A stretch of DNA of 62,449 nucleotides, taken from IMG/VR virus record IMGVR_UViG_3300034166_000053, positions 1-62,449 of that record; one strand, 5' to 3'. Origin of the DNA: a virus (lineage: Duplodnaviria; Caudoviricetes). Below, in pieces: positions 1 through 9,227 of this stretch (position 1 is the stretch's first letter; each line of letters opens with the position of its first letter). The translations under genes were made by a program, and so were the position numbers. The notes beneath the pieces are model-generated. The model was not told where the DNA came from and made no database searches. It saw only the letters and a list, made by a program, of their open reading frames with translations.

Positions 1-190
1 TGCCTAAAGCGGACCCTTTGAACTCACCCTGCTGCGACTTTTGAACAACTTCGATGGCGTCGGCTTTGGCATCAAAATATTTACCCAGCACCGGCCCGAG
101 CGAGGTGACATCATCAACCGTCGCGGCGACCTTTTTTACAAGCTCAACCGCTGACGATATTGCAGCAAGGGCGGTGATCGGATCGATCAT
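1..190 (-). CDS. Lysis-module membrane-associated protein, 3' end outside window
   Basis: Hand translation MIDPITALAAISSAVELVKKVAATVDDVTSLGPVLGKYFDAKADAIEVVQKSQQGEFKGSALG... starts just after the fibre gene stop; not in the ORF track because it is truncated. Confidence 0.6.
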   Translation of the reverse strand, partial: MIDPITALAAISSAVELVKKVAATVDDVTSLGPVLGKYFDAKADAIEVVQKSQQGEFKGSALG

Positions 191-196
191 AGGCAA

Positions 197-1240
197 TCAC
201 GCAGTGCGCTTCCACATATACACCGTGATGTACGGCTGGTAGTTGGCGTTGGTGCCGGAAGAACCAGCCGAGGCCACAGTGGTTGCCACTGTTATGCCCG
301 TTGTAGCAGATAGCGTATTTCTTGTACTGCCCTGCCCGTAATAAATGCCGCCGTTTGCAAACGTTGAATTGGCGAACGGTTGGTCTGCCGTATGCGCGTG
401 ACCTGGGTCTGTAACCGTAGATGTTGCGGTATGCGTGTGGCTTACTGTGATCGCATCTGCGGAGCCGCCAGTTTCTTCTGCGGTGTCAAACAGCGGATTG
501 CTTGCGTTAAAGCCAACCGGCACCCGGCCTGCCCCAAACGCCGTCCAAGTGCCAAACCCAAACAATGTGCCCGGATTGGTTGCATCGGTTGCGTTGATGT
601 AAATGGACCCCACTGGATGCAGCGCCTGAAGAGCAGCCTGAACAAATGCAGTGGTGGCAAGCTGGGTTGTGTTTGTACCGTACGAAGCCGTTGGGGCTGC
701 GGGGGTGCCCGTGAATGTGGGGCTTGCCGACAAAACCGTTGAGCCGGTGCCAGTGGATGTGGTCACCCCAGTACCGCCTTGGGCTACAGCAAGAGGCGTG
801 GTGAGCGTCAGGCTGGAAAGATGGTCGTTCTGCACCCGGAAGTTGGTGCCCTCAGACCAGACCGTCATGGTCTTGCCAGCCGGGATGGCCACCCCAGTGC
901 CCGCAGCCGTTGTGTTGCCAAGCACCGTTGAGTTGTAGATCGTGGCTACGTAGCTGCTGGCGTTATAGATGACGTAGGTCTTTTCTGCCGGGGGTGCATA
1001 CACCGCAAAGTTGGCACCCGTCGAGGTGGTCAGGGCAATTGTCATGTGCCGCGCTTCGTCTGGCGCACCGTTGAGAGCCGTGAACGCTTGATTGGCTGAA
1101 GCCACCGCCACCGAGGTGTACCCGGCAATTGACGACTCGATCAGGGTGCCAAGGTTGGTGTTGGTTGTGTTGCCCCACGTACCGGCCTGATCACCCGTGG
1201 TGATAAGCTCAATGCGCAGGCTGGGGGAGTAGGTGGACAT
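197..1240 (-). CDS. Tail fibre protein with T4 gp10 C-terminal-like domain
   Basis: Thr/Gly/Ala-rich, GGTG shaft motif, C-terminal HPVGSIY...GTWTAFGAGRVPVG...QPYITVYMWKRTA. Confidence 0.8.
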   Translation of the reverse strand: MSTYSPSLRIELITTGDQAGTWGNTTNTNLGTLIESSIAGYTSVAVASANQAFTALNGAPDEARHMTIALTTSTGANFAVYAPPAEKTYVIYNASSYVATIYNSTVLGNTTAAGTGVAIPAGKTMTVWSEGTNFRVQNDHLSSLTLTTPLAVAQGGTGVTTSTGTGSTVLSASPTFTGTPAAPTASYGTNTTQLATTAFVQAALQALHPVGSIYINATDATNPGTLFGFGTWTAFGAGRVPVGFNASNPLFDTAEETGGSADAITVSHTHTATSTVTDPGHAHTADQPFANSTFANGGIYYGQGSTRNTLSATTGITVATTVASAGSSGTNANYQPYITVYMWKRTA

Positions 1241-1249
1241 AACGATTCC

Positions 1250-2221
1250 TCACTGAGGGTTATTGATATTTTGCCAGTTTGGGTTCTGGCTGTCATCTAT
1301 TGAAGACCAACCTGGGGTTTGGTTGCTGGCTATGTCAACCCATCCTGGGTTTTGACTGGCCGTGATGTTGGCCCATCCAGGGGTTTGGCTGCTGGCAATG
1401 TCGGCCCAATCGGCATTCTGTGTGCTGATGATCTTGACCCAGCCACCCACCCCAAAGCTGTCGGCCAGGACTGCGTTCTCAGCAATCGCCACATTGAAGC
1501 CAGCCGCCACGGTGCAGATGTCGTTGGCGTTCAGGTTTTCGGTGATGCTGACCAGCAGGTTTATAACCGCCGCTTCGACAGACGCAGCCCCAAAGTTCTC
1601 GACGATGGAGTCCGTGTAAACGCTAATGATTGTGGCGGCGTCCGCAACCGTCATTCCTTCTGTCACAGCCTGGGCAAACTGCGCGGCAATGGCCCGGAAG
1701 TCGTTCATCGTCACAGCCTCAGAGACCGACTGAGCAAACTGCGCGGTGATTACAGGGGTGTCGTTGAGGGTGCTTGGCTCTGTGATGGACTGGAAGAACG
1801 CCGACTGCTGGGTGCTGAAGTCCGCCACCTCCAAAATGTTCTCTGTGCGAGTCTGGCCAAAGGCAAAGAAAACGTTCTGGGTGTCGGCAAGGTCTGCGTT
1901 CTCAGTGACCGATTGGGCAAACTGAGCAGAGATGGCTATGACATCTGCCGGATTGGAGTTCTCGCTGATGGATTGCAGGAACGTTGACGCTTGGGCGCTG
2001 GCGTCGTTTAGTGTGATGGGTTCGTTGATCGTGGCAATAAACAGCGCGTTGCCGGTGATCTCAATGTCGCTCTCGGTGATCGGTTCCGTGATGGATTGCA
2101 GGAAGGCAGAAACCTGGGTGCTGGCGTCGTCGGAGTTCAGGTTTTCCGACAAGGAAAAGACAAAAGCCTGCCCTGCCAGTGAGGCAAACGGGGTTTGGGC
2201 AAAGCTTGCGATTCCGAACAT
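1250..2221 (-). CDS. Repeat-rich virion (tail-associated) protein
   Basis: About 20-aa repeats (AQFAQSVTEN..LAD) and five 11-aa C-terminal repeats (S-Q-x-P-G-W-x-x-I); lies in the tail module. Confidence 0.6.
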   Translation of the reverse strand: MFGIASFAQTPFASLAGQAFVFSLSENLNSDDASTQVSAFLQSITEPITESDIEITGNALFIATINEPITLNDASAQASTFLQSISENSNPADVIAISAQFAQSVTENADLADTQNVFFAFGQTRTENILEVADFSTQQSAFFQSITEPSTLNDTPVITAQFAQSVSEAVTMNDFRAIAAQFAQAVTEGMTVADAATIISVYTDSIVENFGAASVEAAVINLLVSITENLNANDICTVAAGFNVAIAENAVLADSFGVGGWVKIISTQNADWADIASSQTPGWANITASQNPGWVDIASNQTPGWSSIDDSQNPNWQNINNPQ

Positions 2222-2237
2222 GAGGCAACGCTACCAT

Positions 2238-2744
2238 TCACTCATAAAGGATGTTGATTGTTCCGGCGTCAAAAGTATCTGTGCCATTGACCGTGGTGAT
2301 GCGGACTCGGTCTAAGGTTGCTGAGAGGGTTTTGTTGCCTCCTCCCATAGCCATCGTTCCGGCCCCTTCTTGTTGCACTAATGACGAAAAAGACCATACT
2401 CTTGTAGCAGTATCCACAAGACAAATGGTAGCGTTTCCGCGTAAAAAATAAGAGGCTGACCCCAACCCAGACAATGCTAAACCCGTTGTCTGACTAACCG
2501 TTGTTGTATTACCGGTCCAAGCAGCAGACGTATATCCTGTGTTTTCGATTCCTGATGAGGTTCCAAGTTGAATTAACAAAATTGATGAGCCGTTCGTACT
2601 CACGCCGTTGAACATCACCGTGATCCGACGCACCCACGATGGGATGCCGGTAAAGTCGATGCTGGTTCCGCTGGTCGATGCCTGAGCAGTGCCAGCCGTC
2701 AAAGGCTGGGTATACATCGACGGTGTTACTTGAGTTAATGGCAT
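2238..2744 (-). CDS. Tail fibre tip protein, family B (paralogue of 4636-5136)
   Basis: ASTSGTSIDFTGIPSWVRRIT...LDRVRI...FDAGTINILYE shared with 4636-5136. Confidence 0.7.
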   Translation of the reverse strand: MPLTQVTPSMYTQPLTAGTAQASTSGTSIDFTGIPSWVRRITVMFNGVSTNGSSILLIQLGTSSGIENTGYTSAAWTGNTTTVSQTTGLALSGLGSASYFLRGNATICLVDTATRVWSFSSLVQQEGAGTMAMGGGNKTLSATLDRVRITTVNGTDTFDAGTINILYE

Positions 2745-2752
2745 GGTTGTCC

Positions 2753-3115
2753 TTAACGGTGGATGACAATATTTACTTGCACTGGGTCAAAAGGATTGAA
2801 AGAAGCATTCAAAGTTAAAAATCTTGTAGAACTTGTACTATATACCTCAACTTGTATTGGAGCACCTGATGAAACTCCAGAACTTCTACATAAACCAGCT
2901 ACAACATAATTTGCATCCGACATGGCCGTCGTAAAGTTTGCTGTGTAATCACCAGTCCCATTGTCCGTGATGCTCGTCACGTTGCCAGACGCCCTGATTG
3001 CCACGGTGCCCGTACCGTTGAAGTTAACCCAAGCGCGGGCCATATACCCTGGGGCTGTGCCCACAGGCGTAGACATGATGCTGGCGTTTGCCCCCAATAC
3101 TGCTGCTTGTGTCAT
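2753..3115 (-). CDS. Tail fibre tip protein, family A
   Basis: ARAWVNFNGTGTVAIRASGNVTSITDNGTGDYT core. Confidence 0.7.
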   Translation of the reverse strand: MTQAAVLGANASIMSTPVGTAPGYMARAWVNFNGTGTVAIRASGNVTSITDNGTGDYTANFTTAMSDANYVVAGLCRSSGVSSGAPIQVEVYSTSSTRFLTLNASFNPFDPVQVNIVIHR

Positions 3116-3124
3116 GGTTGGCCT

Positions 3125-3655
3125 TTAGCGGAAAAAAGAAACGCAAACATACGTTAAGTCAACATCACTATTGTTAAACGTAGATGTCGTTACTCGCGCT
3201 GCCGTTGTTGTTGGGGGCACTAATGCGCCAGAACCATTAACCGCATACAAACCTAAAATACCCTCGCCACCACCAGCAACTCTGTCTACACTTCCTACGG
3301 TGACGTAATTCGCATCCGGCATCGCCGTGGTGAAGTTCACCGTGTAGTCGCCCGTCCCGTTGTCCGTGATGCTTGTCACGTTGCCCGACGCACGAATCGC
3401 AACCGTACCTGTACCATTAAAGTTGACCCATGCGCGGCAGCCGTAGGCGATAGCTGTAGAGCCATAGCCCGAGTTGAATTGAAAGTTGCCAGAGGCGTCA
3501 AACTCACCAACCTGAACGCCGCCCTCGGCAAAGCCAATCCGGTCATTGCCGGGGAAGAAGATGCCCGTGTTTGTGTCCGTGCCCCTGATGGCAGGAGTGG
3601 ATGCAGAACCGTCTACATCAGACAGGCCGTTGGTGCCTGACAGGATCAGCGCCAT
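3125..3655 (-). CDS. Tail fibre tip protein, family A
   Basis: Same AWVNFNGTGTVAIRAS core plus DTNTGIFFPGND shaft motif. Confidence 0.7.
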   Translation of the reverse strand: MALILSGTNGLSDVDGSASTPAIRGTDTNTGIFFPGNDRIGFAEGGVQVGEFDASGNFQFNSGYGSTAIAYGCRAWVNFNGTGTVAIRASGNVTSITDNGTGDYTVNFTTAMPDANYVTVGSVDRVAGGGEGILGLYAVNGSGALVPPTTTAARVTTSTFNNSDVDLTYVCVSFFR

Positions 3656-3693
3656 GATTGCTCCAGTGCGTCAAGTTGATTCATGGTTGGCCT

Positions 3694-4632
3694 TTAGCGG
3701 AAGATGGCAACAAAATAAGCTGCTGTGTCAAACGCCGCAACAGTTCCCGTGGTATATAAAGTTACTACCCGAGCGTTGGACGTTGATGTTGGTGTCCACG
3801 GAGTTGACACAATAGCATTGCCTGTATTAGCGGGCGGATTACCGCTTGTGTATGAATTTGATGAAACCACGGAATAGTTAATATCCGGCATCGCCGTGGT
3901 GAAATTGATTGTGTAATCACCAGTGCCGTTGTCCGTAATACTTGTGACATTCCCTGAAGCCCGGATTGCCACAGTACCTGTGCCGTTGAAGTTGACCCAC
4001 GCCCGAGCGGCGTAGATGGGCGCCGAACCAGAGGCGTTTAACGCCGTCATGATGTTTGATGCGTTGGCCGTCAGAGAGAGCTTGTCGTTTGTTACGCTTG
4101 CGTTTGCCAAGAACGTGGTGCCAACAGACCCTGCCGTGCCGGGGATGGCGTTCAGGACCGACGACACATAGAAGCTGATGACCTCAACCAGATCGCCCGC
4201 CGTTGCGCCCGAGGCCAGCACAATCGTTGTGCCCGATGTGGCCGTGTAGTCGGCCGACCCCAGCATCACGCCGTTCCTGTACACATCCACGTAGCCCACC
4301 GTGTATGAGGGCACACTGAACGTGGTCTGGCTGGCGGTGGCCGTAAATTCTGTGACCGTGCGGTACGCCGTGGTTACAACACCACTTGCAGGCAGGCCAA
4401 GGTAGCGCACACTGATATTGTTCGTCCCCGTCGGCGGGGCGGCAGAAAAGGTCAGCGTTGTGCCCGAGACAGAGTACGTCGATGGGTCCTGCAACACACC
4501 CGTGACGGCAACAATGATCGAGGACGAGTTGGCCGGAGCCACCGTCATGGTGAACGCGACAGTCGAGCCGTTACCGCTGAACGTGTCAGTCAGGAAGGCC
4601 GCCGTGAGTGGTTGGTTCCCAATGTAGGCCAT
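3694..4632 (-). CDS. Tail fibre protein, MAYIGN-type N-terminus with family A tip
   Basis: N-terminal domain paralogous to 6319-6768; C-terminal AWVNFNG core. Confidence 0.75.
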   Translation of the reverse strand: MAYIGNQPLTAAFLTDTFSGNGSTVAFTMTVAPANSSSIIVAVTGVLQDPSTYSVSGTTLTFSAAPPTGTNNISVRYLGLPASGVVTTAYRTVTEFTATASQTTFSVPSYTVGYVDVYRNGVMLGSADYTATSGTTIVLASGATAGDLVEVISFYVSSVLNAIPGTAGSVGTTFLANASVTNDKLSLTANASNIMTALNASGSAPIYAARAWVNFNGTGTVAIRASGNVTSITDNGTGDYTINFTTAMPDINYSVVSSNSYTSGNPPANTGNAIVSTPWTPTSTSNARVVTLYTTGTVAAFDTAAYFVAIFR

Positions 4633-4635
4633 GAC

Positions 4636-5136
4636 TTACTCGTACAAGATGTTGATGGTGCCAGCGTCGAAGGCGTTAGCAGATACCTCAATAAGTACCC
4701 TATCCAGAGTCGCCGCTAGGGGAATACCGCCGTTGGTGACAGACACGCCAACGTCGTTTGAGTTGCTGACGCTGCCGCTCATGGCCCAGGTATTTCCGGT
4801 TACGTTCGTAATGACGCAGTTACCATGCCGAGTGGCCGGTGCCCCAAGAGTCGTGCCGTCTACCGGCCAATATGTTGATGCCTGTGTAGTACCGCCAGTA
4901 TTTAGGTAATACGCAGCGCCAAGATACCCAGATGTGGTGGCTCCGCTGGAGGTTCCGAGCCGAATGTAAACGATTGCAGACCCACTTACGCTGACACCGT
5001 TAAACATCAAGGTGATGCGCTTGACCCATGAAGGGATGCCGGTGAAAGAAACCGACGTACCAGACGTTGAAGCCACGGCTGTGCCGGAGGAAATAACCCC
5101 TGTTGTGCTTTTGGACGTAATGGTACTGATTGGCAT
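4636..5136 (-). CDS. Tail fibre tip protein, family B
   Basis: ASTSGTSVSFTGIPSWVKRIT...FDAGTINILYE. Confidence 0.7.
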   Translation of the reverse strand: MPISTITSKSTTGVISSGTAVASTSGTSVSFTGIPSWVKRITLMFNGVSVSGSAIVYIRLGTSSGATTSGYLGAAYYLNTGGTTQASTYWPVDGTTLGAPATRHGNCVITNVTGNTWAMSGSVSNSNDVGVSVTNGGIPLAATLDRVLIEVSANAFDAGTINILYE

Positions 5137-5139
5137 GGC

Positions 5140-5373
5140 TTACCTTTGGGGCATTGCGGCCTTGATCTCATCCACAGTTGCTGCGGCGTCGATGGCGGTT
5201 TGCATCTGGGCGTATTTGTCCCGAATCTTCTGGCGCTCTGCTTCTGCCCCCTGTGCCTGACCGGGGATTTGTTTGGCGATGGCGTCATCAAACGGTTTGA
5301 ACTCTTCAGCCCGTGCTGCACGGCGCACATCATGCGCAATGGTCTTGGCCTTGTTGATGTTGATGGTGATCAT
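5140..5373 (-). CDS. Tail fibre assembly chaperone, part 2
   Basis: Helical ININKAKTIAHDVRRAARAEEFKPFD...RQKIRD, typical of fibre chaperones; abuts the upstream gene. Confidence 0.6.
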   Translation of the reverse strand: MITININKAKTIAHDVRRAARAEEFKPFDDAIAKQIPGQAQGAEAERQKIRDKYAQMQTAIDAAATVDEIKAAMPQR

Positions 5374-5562
5374 TTATGCGTACTCCCATGCTGCGCGAAA
5401 GGTGCGGTCAGACGGAATGTCAGCGACATCCACAATCTTGTACGGCTTGCCTGCCGGTACGTCTTTGGCCGCAATTGCTTGGATGCTCAAGCCACACTCA
5501 GGTGCCGGAACAATAACGGCCACTCCGCCGTCGTCGGTTGGATAGATAATCCTCTGGTTCAT
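5374..5562 (-). CDS. Tail fibre assembly chaperone, part 1
   Basis: IAAKDVPAGKPYKIVDVADIPSDRTFRAAW signature. Confidence 0.65.
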   Translation of the reverse strand: MNQRIIYPTDDGGVAVIVPAPECGLSIQAIAAKDVPAGKPYKIVDVADIPSDRTFRAAWEYA

Positions 5563-5575
5563 GATTTACTCCTTG

Positions 5576-5956
5576 TTAACGAAAGATTGAAGCGGAAACA
5601 ACAGCGACATCTAACGCTGATCCGGTTGTCATGTCTGCCGATAGAATTTTTACCGACGATGTCGCAAACGATTCTGTAGTAACGCCGAAATTTCGTTCAA
5701 CTGTATTGTTATCTACATAGCAACCACCAGTAGAAACTGCATAATTTGCATCGGCCAACGCACTCGTAAAATTAATGGTGTAGTTCCCCGTACCATTGTC
5801 CGTGATGCTGGTGACATTAAAACTTGCCCGGATGGCGACCGTGCCAGTGCCGTTGAAATTAACCCATGCCTTGGCGCTGCCGTTGACAACAGTGTTTACA
5901 GGAACCGTTGCCGTTCCGTCCAGCGTGCTCAGTGTCGTTGTTTTGATGGTTGACAT
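5576..5956 (-). CDS. Tail fibre tip protein, family A
   Basis: MSTIK leader plus AKAWVNFNG core. Confidence 0.7.
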   Translation of the reverse strand: MSTIKTTTLSTLDGTATVPVNTVVNGSAKAWVNFNGTGTVAIRASFNVTSITDNGTGNYTINFTSALADANYAVSTGGCYVDNNTVERNFGVTTESFATSSVKILSADMTTGSALDVAVVSASIFR

Positions 5957-5965
5957 GGCTGGGCC

Positions 5966-6319
5966 TTAACGGAAAAACGCAAGCGTAACTGTTACAAAAT
6001 CAGTGTTAGTTGCCGCCGGAACTCCAGTATAAATTCTGATTAACGATGCAGTTTTGGTTGTAGAGTTAGATTCTGCAAAACCAATTTGCGTCGATGAAGA
6101 GCCGCCAGCAAGCCCACCAGAAAAAGCATAGTTCGCATCCACCATAGCCACAGTAAAATTGACCGTGTAATCGCCGGTTCCATTGTCGGTGATCGAACTC
6201 ACGTTCCCGCTGGCGCGGATGGCCACGGTGCCCGTTCCGTTGAAGTTGACCCACGCCTTGGCGGTGTAGACCTCTACGCCCGCGAGGTTCTGGATGGTCG
6301 TTACTTTGATCGTGCTCAT
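5966..6319 (-). CDS. Tail fibre tip protein, family A
   Basis: MSTIKVTT leader plus AKAWVNFNG core; the ATG overlaps the upstream TAA. Confidence 0.7.
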   Translation of the reverse strand: MSTIKVTTIQNLAGVEVYTAKAWVNFNGTGTVAIRASGNVSSITDNGTGDYTVNFTVAMVDANYAFSGGLAGGSSSTQIGFAESNSTTKTASLIRIYTGVPAATNTDFVTVTLAFFR

Positions 6320-6768
6320 TACACCACCGTCCAATTTGTGCCCGTGGACACCGTCACCGTCACGCCCGTTGCAATCGCCACAGGACCGGCAGACATGGCG
6401 TTATACCCATCTGGCGTGGTGTAGCTGGTCACAATGGTCTGCGGGTTGATGTAGAAACTGATGACCCCAAGGGATGCCTGACTCACTGTGCCCTGGCCCG
6501 GCGCAATCAACTGCACAATCGGGCTGGTGTAGTAGACGTAGATGTTGCCTGTTCCGCTGGGCGGCGCAGATGTAAACGTGATGGTCTGGCCGCTGATGGT
6601 GTAGGCACTGCCTGGGTTCTGCGGCACGTTCTCAATGACAACCTGCACACCAAAGACCGACCCAACCGGGCGCGACAGCGTAAACGCCGTGGTGGTCCCG
6701 TCGCCGTTGAAGTAGTCAACAGCAGGAACGAATCCTTGCGTGGTGTAGGTGTTGCCAATAAAAGCCAT
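6319..6768 (-). CDS. Tail fibre docking or branching protein (MAFIGN-type)
   Basis: FNGDGTTTAFTL...YTISGQTITFTSAPPSGTGNI matches the N-terminus of 3694-4632; C-terminal NAMSAGPV..TGVTVTV..G.NWTVV. Confidence 0.6.
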   Translation of the reverse strand: MAFIGNTYTTQGFVPAVDYFNGDGTTTAFTLSRPVGSVFGVQVVIENVPQNPGSAYTISGQTITFTSAPPSGTGNIYVYYTSPIVQLIAPGQGTVSQASLGVISFYINPQTIVTSYTTPDGYNAMSAGPVAIATGVTVTVSTGTNWTVV

Positions 6769-6769
6769 C

Positions 6770-7093
6770 TCAGACCGCCGTCAAAACCGAAACAACCACA
6801 TCCGCAGAGCTTGCGGCGCTGGTCAATACCTTCAGGGCATCAGAGGCAATCAGCACCACCCGATTGCCACCAATCACCTCCAGCGAACCGCCGACAGGAA
6901 TCGTGGCCGCCTTGACCAAATAATAGTCTGCGGCAGAGCGGGTGAAGTACACATCGGTGGTGATTGGCGATGTTGTCGTGTTGGCCACCACCAAGCTGGT
7001 GATGGCAATGGTTCCGCTGGAGACGGTTGTAAGCGTAGACGCCGATGTGCCGACGTTCCTTGCCACATAAGAAGTGTTTGCGTATGTAGGCAT
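6770..7093 (-). CDS. Small beta-rich tail protein
   Basis: Packed ORF in the tail module, Thr/Val/Ser-rich. Confidence 0.55.
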   Translation of the reverse strand: MPTYANTSYVARNVGTSASTLTTVSSGTIAITSLVVANTTTSPITTDVYFTRSAADYYLVKAATIPVGGSLEVIGGNRVVLIASDALKVLTSAASSADVVVSVLTAV

Positions 7094-7094
7094 A

Positions 7095-8177
7095 TCAACT
7101 CATCATTGTTGCTAAAAAGAGGGCTTCGTCAGTTGTTGCAAATGACGCTGGTGATGATGCCCACCCAGTCCCTGTGGATGTCAGAAGATTACCCGCCGTG
7201 CCGGGTGAAGTCAAACCCGTACCGCCCGCCGCAGCAGGCAAAGTGCCAGCGGTCAATGCCGAGGCGCTGGTTGAGTACAGGGCATAGTTTGCCGCCGTGA
7301 ATGTGGTCAGGCCGGTGCCGCCATACCCAGATTGGATCGTGCCGCCTTGCCAAGTGCCGCCAGAGACGATCGCAGAACCAAGATTGAAAGCATTTGTACC
7401 AAACGTCACGCCCTCTGGCAGATAGGAGTGAAGGTCCCAAGTGCCACCCGTCGTGCTGTTGTCAGTCAAAAACACTGCGCCTGCACCGCCCGAGGGAATG
7501 GTGCCAATCGTGGCAGTGGCGTAGTCCGTGATGGTCAGAGTGCTCGTGGCGAGGTTGTTAAACACAAACGCCACACCCGTCGTCAGAGTGGTGGCGTCAG
7601 GCAGTGCATACGTCTGCCCGCCCGTCCCAACAAGCGTGTGGATGTAACTGGAAGCCGCCGTCAGGGTTGTAGTTCCACCTGCTGCGGTTGTGTTGGTGTT
7701 GGCCTGATTGACCCGGTTGACCGTGATGTTGGAGTTGGCGTCCCGCAGCACCACCGAGTTGGCCCCGGAGGAAGATGTGACTCCCGTACCGCCGTACGCC
7801 ACCCCAATGGTTGAGCCTTGCCATGTGCCAGACGCCACCGTGCCCAGGGCCGAGACGTTGCCGCTTCCATCTAGATTGACCGACTTACCCGACGGGTAGG
7901 TCACAAAGACGTTGACCGTGCCGGAGAAGGTGACGGCGCTGCCTGTGTTGCTGGACGCATAGATCGTCGTGCGCGTCAGCGTGGGTCCCGTGGTCGAATA
8001 CGTGCCAAGGCCCACCTCCCACTGACCCGTCGTATCCGTAGCCGAGTAGTAGGTGGTGTTGGTGTCGCCAATGACAGCGAACGTCTGAAAGCCTAAAACT
8101 GCGCCCGTAAGCGTGAAGCTGACAGTCGTATTCGCCGTGGCCGTTTCTTGGACACGGTTTGCAAGGACCAGAGGCAT
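7095..8177 (-). CDS. Tail fibre (proximal) protein
   Basis: LANRVQET...WEVGLGTY N-terminal domain, repeated GTWQG..I...YGGTG shaft motifs. Confidence 0.7.
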   Translation of the reverse strand: MPLVLANRVQETATANTTVSFTLTGAVLGFQTFAVIGDTNTTYYSATDTTGQWEVGLGTYSTTGPTLTRTTIYASSNTGSAVTFSGTVNVFVTYPSGKSVNLDGSGNVSALGTVASGTWQGSTIGVAYGGTGVTSSSGANSVVLRDANSNITVNRVNQANTNTTAAGGTTTLTAASSYIHTLVGTGGQTYALPDATTLTTGVAFVFNNLATSTLTITDYATATIGTIPSGGAGAVFLTDNSTTGGTWDLHSYLPEGVTFGTNAFNLGSAIVSGGTWQGGTIQSGYGGTGLTTFTAANYALYSTSASALTAGTLPAAAGGTGLTSPGTAGNLLTSTGTGWASSPASFATTDEALFLATMMS

Positions 8178-8189
8178 CTAAACCCCCTA

Positions 8190-8795
8190 TTAACTCGTCG
8201 CAGTGGTCGAGTAGGTAACCGAAACCGTGTCGCCTGCGGTCGTGATCTTGGCCGTACTAAATGCACCTGCGCTGTACAGCGTACCAGAGGTATTGCCTTG
8301 AGTCGAAGACGCGCCAGAGCCGGTCACCAAGAAGCAGCCGCCAACCGTACCGCCGCCACCCGTGATGGTGTAGGTGATTGCCGATGCGGTCTTGGTCGTC
8401 ACGTTGGTGGGCGTGGTGCCAGTCGAGGTGGCAGCACTAAACGATGCAGTACCTCGCACAGCAGAACCTCCAACGGTGTAATTGGTGAACTCCGTCCAGC
8501 CGCCGTGTGATGCCATCGTGTCAGAAGCAGAGAACGTCGGGCTTGCACCAGAGATCAAGCCCAGGAACGGGCCGACCGTGGTGTAAGAGGTGCCAGACAG
8601 CAGAGTGTCGAGCATGAGTTCTTTGCCAACCGCGTTGACCAGATTGGGGAACTGATCTTCCCACTTGATGTTGCCATCGGCATCGCGGCAGACCACATGG
8701 TAGTGGCCCTCAATACCAACAGACTCCGAGCCAGCCACATTCGACCGCATGGTCACTTCAGCGTGGTCACCGAAGTTGGAAAGTTCTTTCTGCAT
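8190..8795 (-). CDS. Tail-associated structural protein
   Basis: GHYHVVCRDADGNIKWED..PNLVNAVGK, Thr/Gly-rich; gene context. Confidence 0.55.
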   Translation of the reverse strand: MQKELSNFGDHAEVTMRSNVAGSESVGIEGHYHVVCRDADGNIKWEDQFPNLVNAVGKELMLDTLLSGTSYTTVGPFLGLISGASPTFSASDTMASHGGWTEFTNYTVGGSAVRGTASFSAATSTGTTPTNVTTKTASAITYTITGGGGTVGGCFLVTGSGASSTQGNTSGTLYSAGAFSTAKITTAGDTVSVTYSTTATS

Positions 8796-8804
8796 GATGC
8801 GTCC

Positions 8805-9227
8805 TTAAACAAGTCTGATTAGGGCAGAGGTGCTCGTGTTGGCGGGCATCTGCACGGTGAAAGTGGTGGTTGAGGTTTTGTCAGACCCAAAGTCCAACAC
8901 GCACACAGCGCCGTTGTCACCCGGCGTGTAGATCAATGCACCACGCGCTGTAATCGCCCCCGTCCATGCTGGAGAGGAGAAGTTGACGTACGTGATGCTG
9001 CCGCTGGCTGTGTCCTGGCTTGCGATGGTAGCGGTCACAATCTGACCCCCGGCGACATAATTGCCACCAGATGCTTCTCCGGTAGTGGTATACACCGTAG
9101 TGGTCTGATCCAGCGTGGCTGAGTTGGTGTACAGGGCCAGATAGAACGTGTCTGAGGCAAAGTTGATCGTGCCGTTGGCAAGCCCCGACCGCAGCGTGTT
9201 GCAGGAGTAGTTGCCGGTAAAAGCCAC
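8805..9227 (-). CDS. Tail-associated structural protein
   Basis: FYLALYTNSATL...ARGALIY...VCVLDFGSDKT; gene context. Confidence 0.6.
   Translation of the reverse strand: MAFTGNYSCNTLRSGLANGTINFASDTFYLALYTNSATLDQTTTVYTTTGEASGGNYVAGGQIVTATIASQDTASGSITYVNFSSPAWTGAITARGALIYTPGDNGAVCVLDFGSDKTSTTTFTVQMPANTSTSALIRLV

Noticed and set aside
2238-6319. Diversity-generating retroelement or shufflon behind the fibre-tip paralogues
   Set aside because: No reverse transcriptase or invertase in the window; all copies are co-oriented with their own starts; differences are not adenine-restricted and include indels
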